From the IMG/VR virus record IMGVR_UViG_3300036766_000416, positions 1 to 64,000 of that record: 64,000 bases of DNA; one strand, 5' to 3'. This stretch comes from a virus. Of this stretch, positions 63,810 through 64,000 are shown one piece after another; positions within the stretch are counted from its first letter, which is position 1; the number at the start of each line of letters is the position of its first letter. A program made the translations under genes and the position numbers. The notes below the pieces were generated by a model, which did no database searches, was not told where the DNA came from, and saw only the letters and a list, made by a program, of their open reading frames with translations.

Positions 63810-64000
63810 ATGTTTATATGGAATTCCAACCCAAATCCTCCTCCAGTTGTACCCGCACCGGTCATTGGCCCGGATGAGGTTTCCTTTGATGTTCATGTAG
63901 TCGCCAATACTGTCAATGTCCATGGTCTAGTCATTGGTACTCTTTCCTATAATACTGCAAACGAGGGGTATGATGTTATCTATGAACTCCCCTCACTGAA
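63810..64000 (+). CDS. Partial late gene, truncated by window end
   Basis: ATG 63810, frame open to the end (MFIWNSNPNPPPVVP...). Confidence 0.45.
   Translation, partial: MFIWNSNPNPPPVVPAPVIGPDEVSFDVHVVANTVNVHGLVIGTLSYNTANEGYDVIYELPSL

Noticed and set aside
1-64000. CRISPR array, diversity-generating retroelement, integrase or IS element
   Set aside because: No regularly spaced direct repeats, reverse transcriptase, TR/VR pair, recombinase or transposase motifs were seen.
1-64000. Specific host assignment
   Set aside because: Sigma70-type promoters and PagL imply a diderm host, but a genus cannot be supported without database searches.

Overview
This window is part of a large T4-like myophage genome. 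PagL-like and lipoprotein genes suggest a Gram-negative host. Four blocks: (1) 1-11.9 kb, small early genes behind repeated sigma70-type promoters, including envelope proteins and a PagL-like deacylase. (2) 12.2-20.2 kb, an array of 41 tRNA genes covering all 20 amino acids plus a tmRNA, interleaved with homing-type endonucleases and small structured spacers. (3) 20.3-37.2 kb, replication, repair and host-takeover genes (DNA ligase, RtcB, RNase H, GT2, ClpP, TusA, HD hydrolase, DsbA, gp33, gp59, gp32). (4) 37.3-64 kb, late head-completion, baseplate and tail genes under NATAAATA late promoters. Most striking signals: a concerted re-coding of the tRNA elbow (A18/G55 in about half the tRNAs and the tmRNA, A19-U56 in three), a non-canonical long-arm tRNA with a UAU anticodon, ORFs whose stop codons lie inside the next tRNA, a likely -1 frameshift joining gp26 and gp51, and promoters that place a start codon at the expected +1. 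All calls are by eye from the sequence and recalled family motifs; no searches were run.
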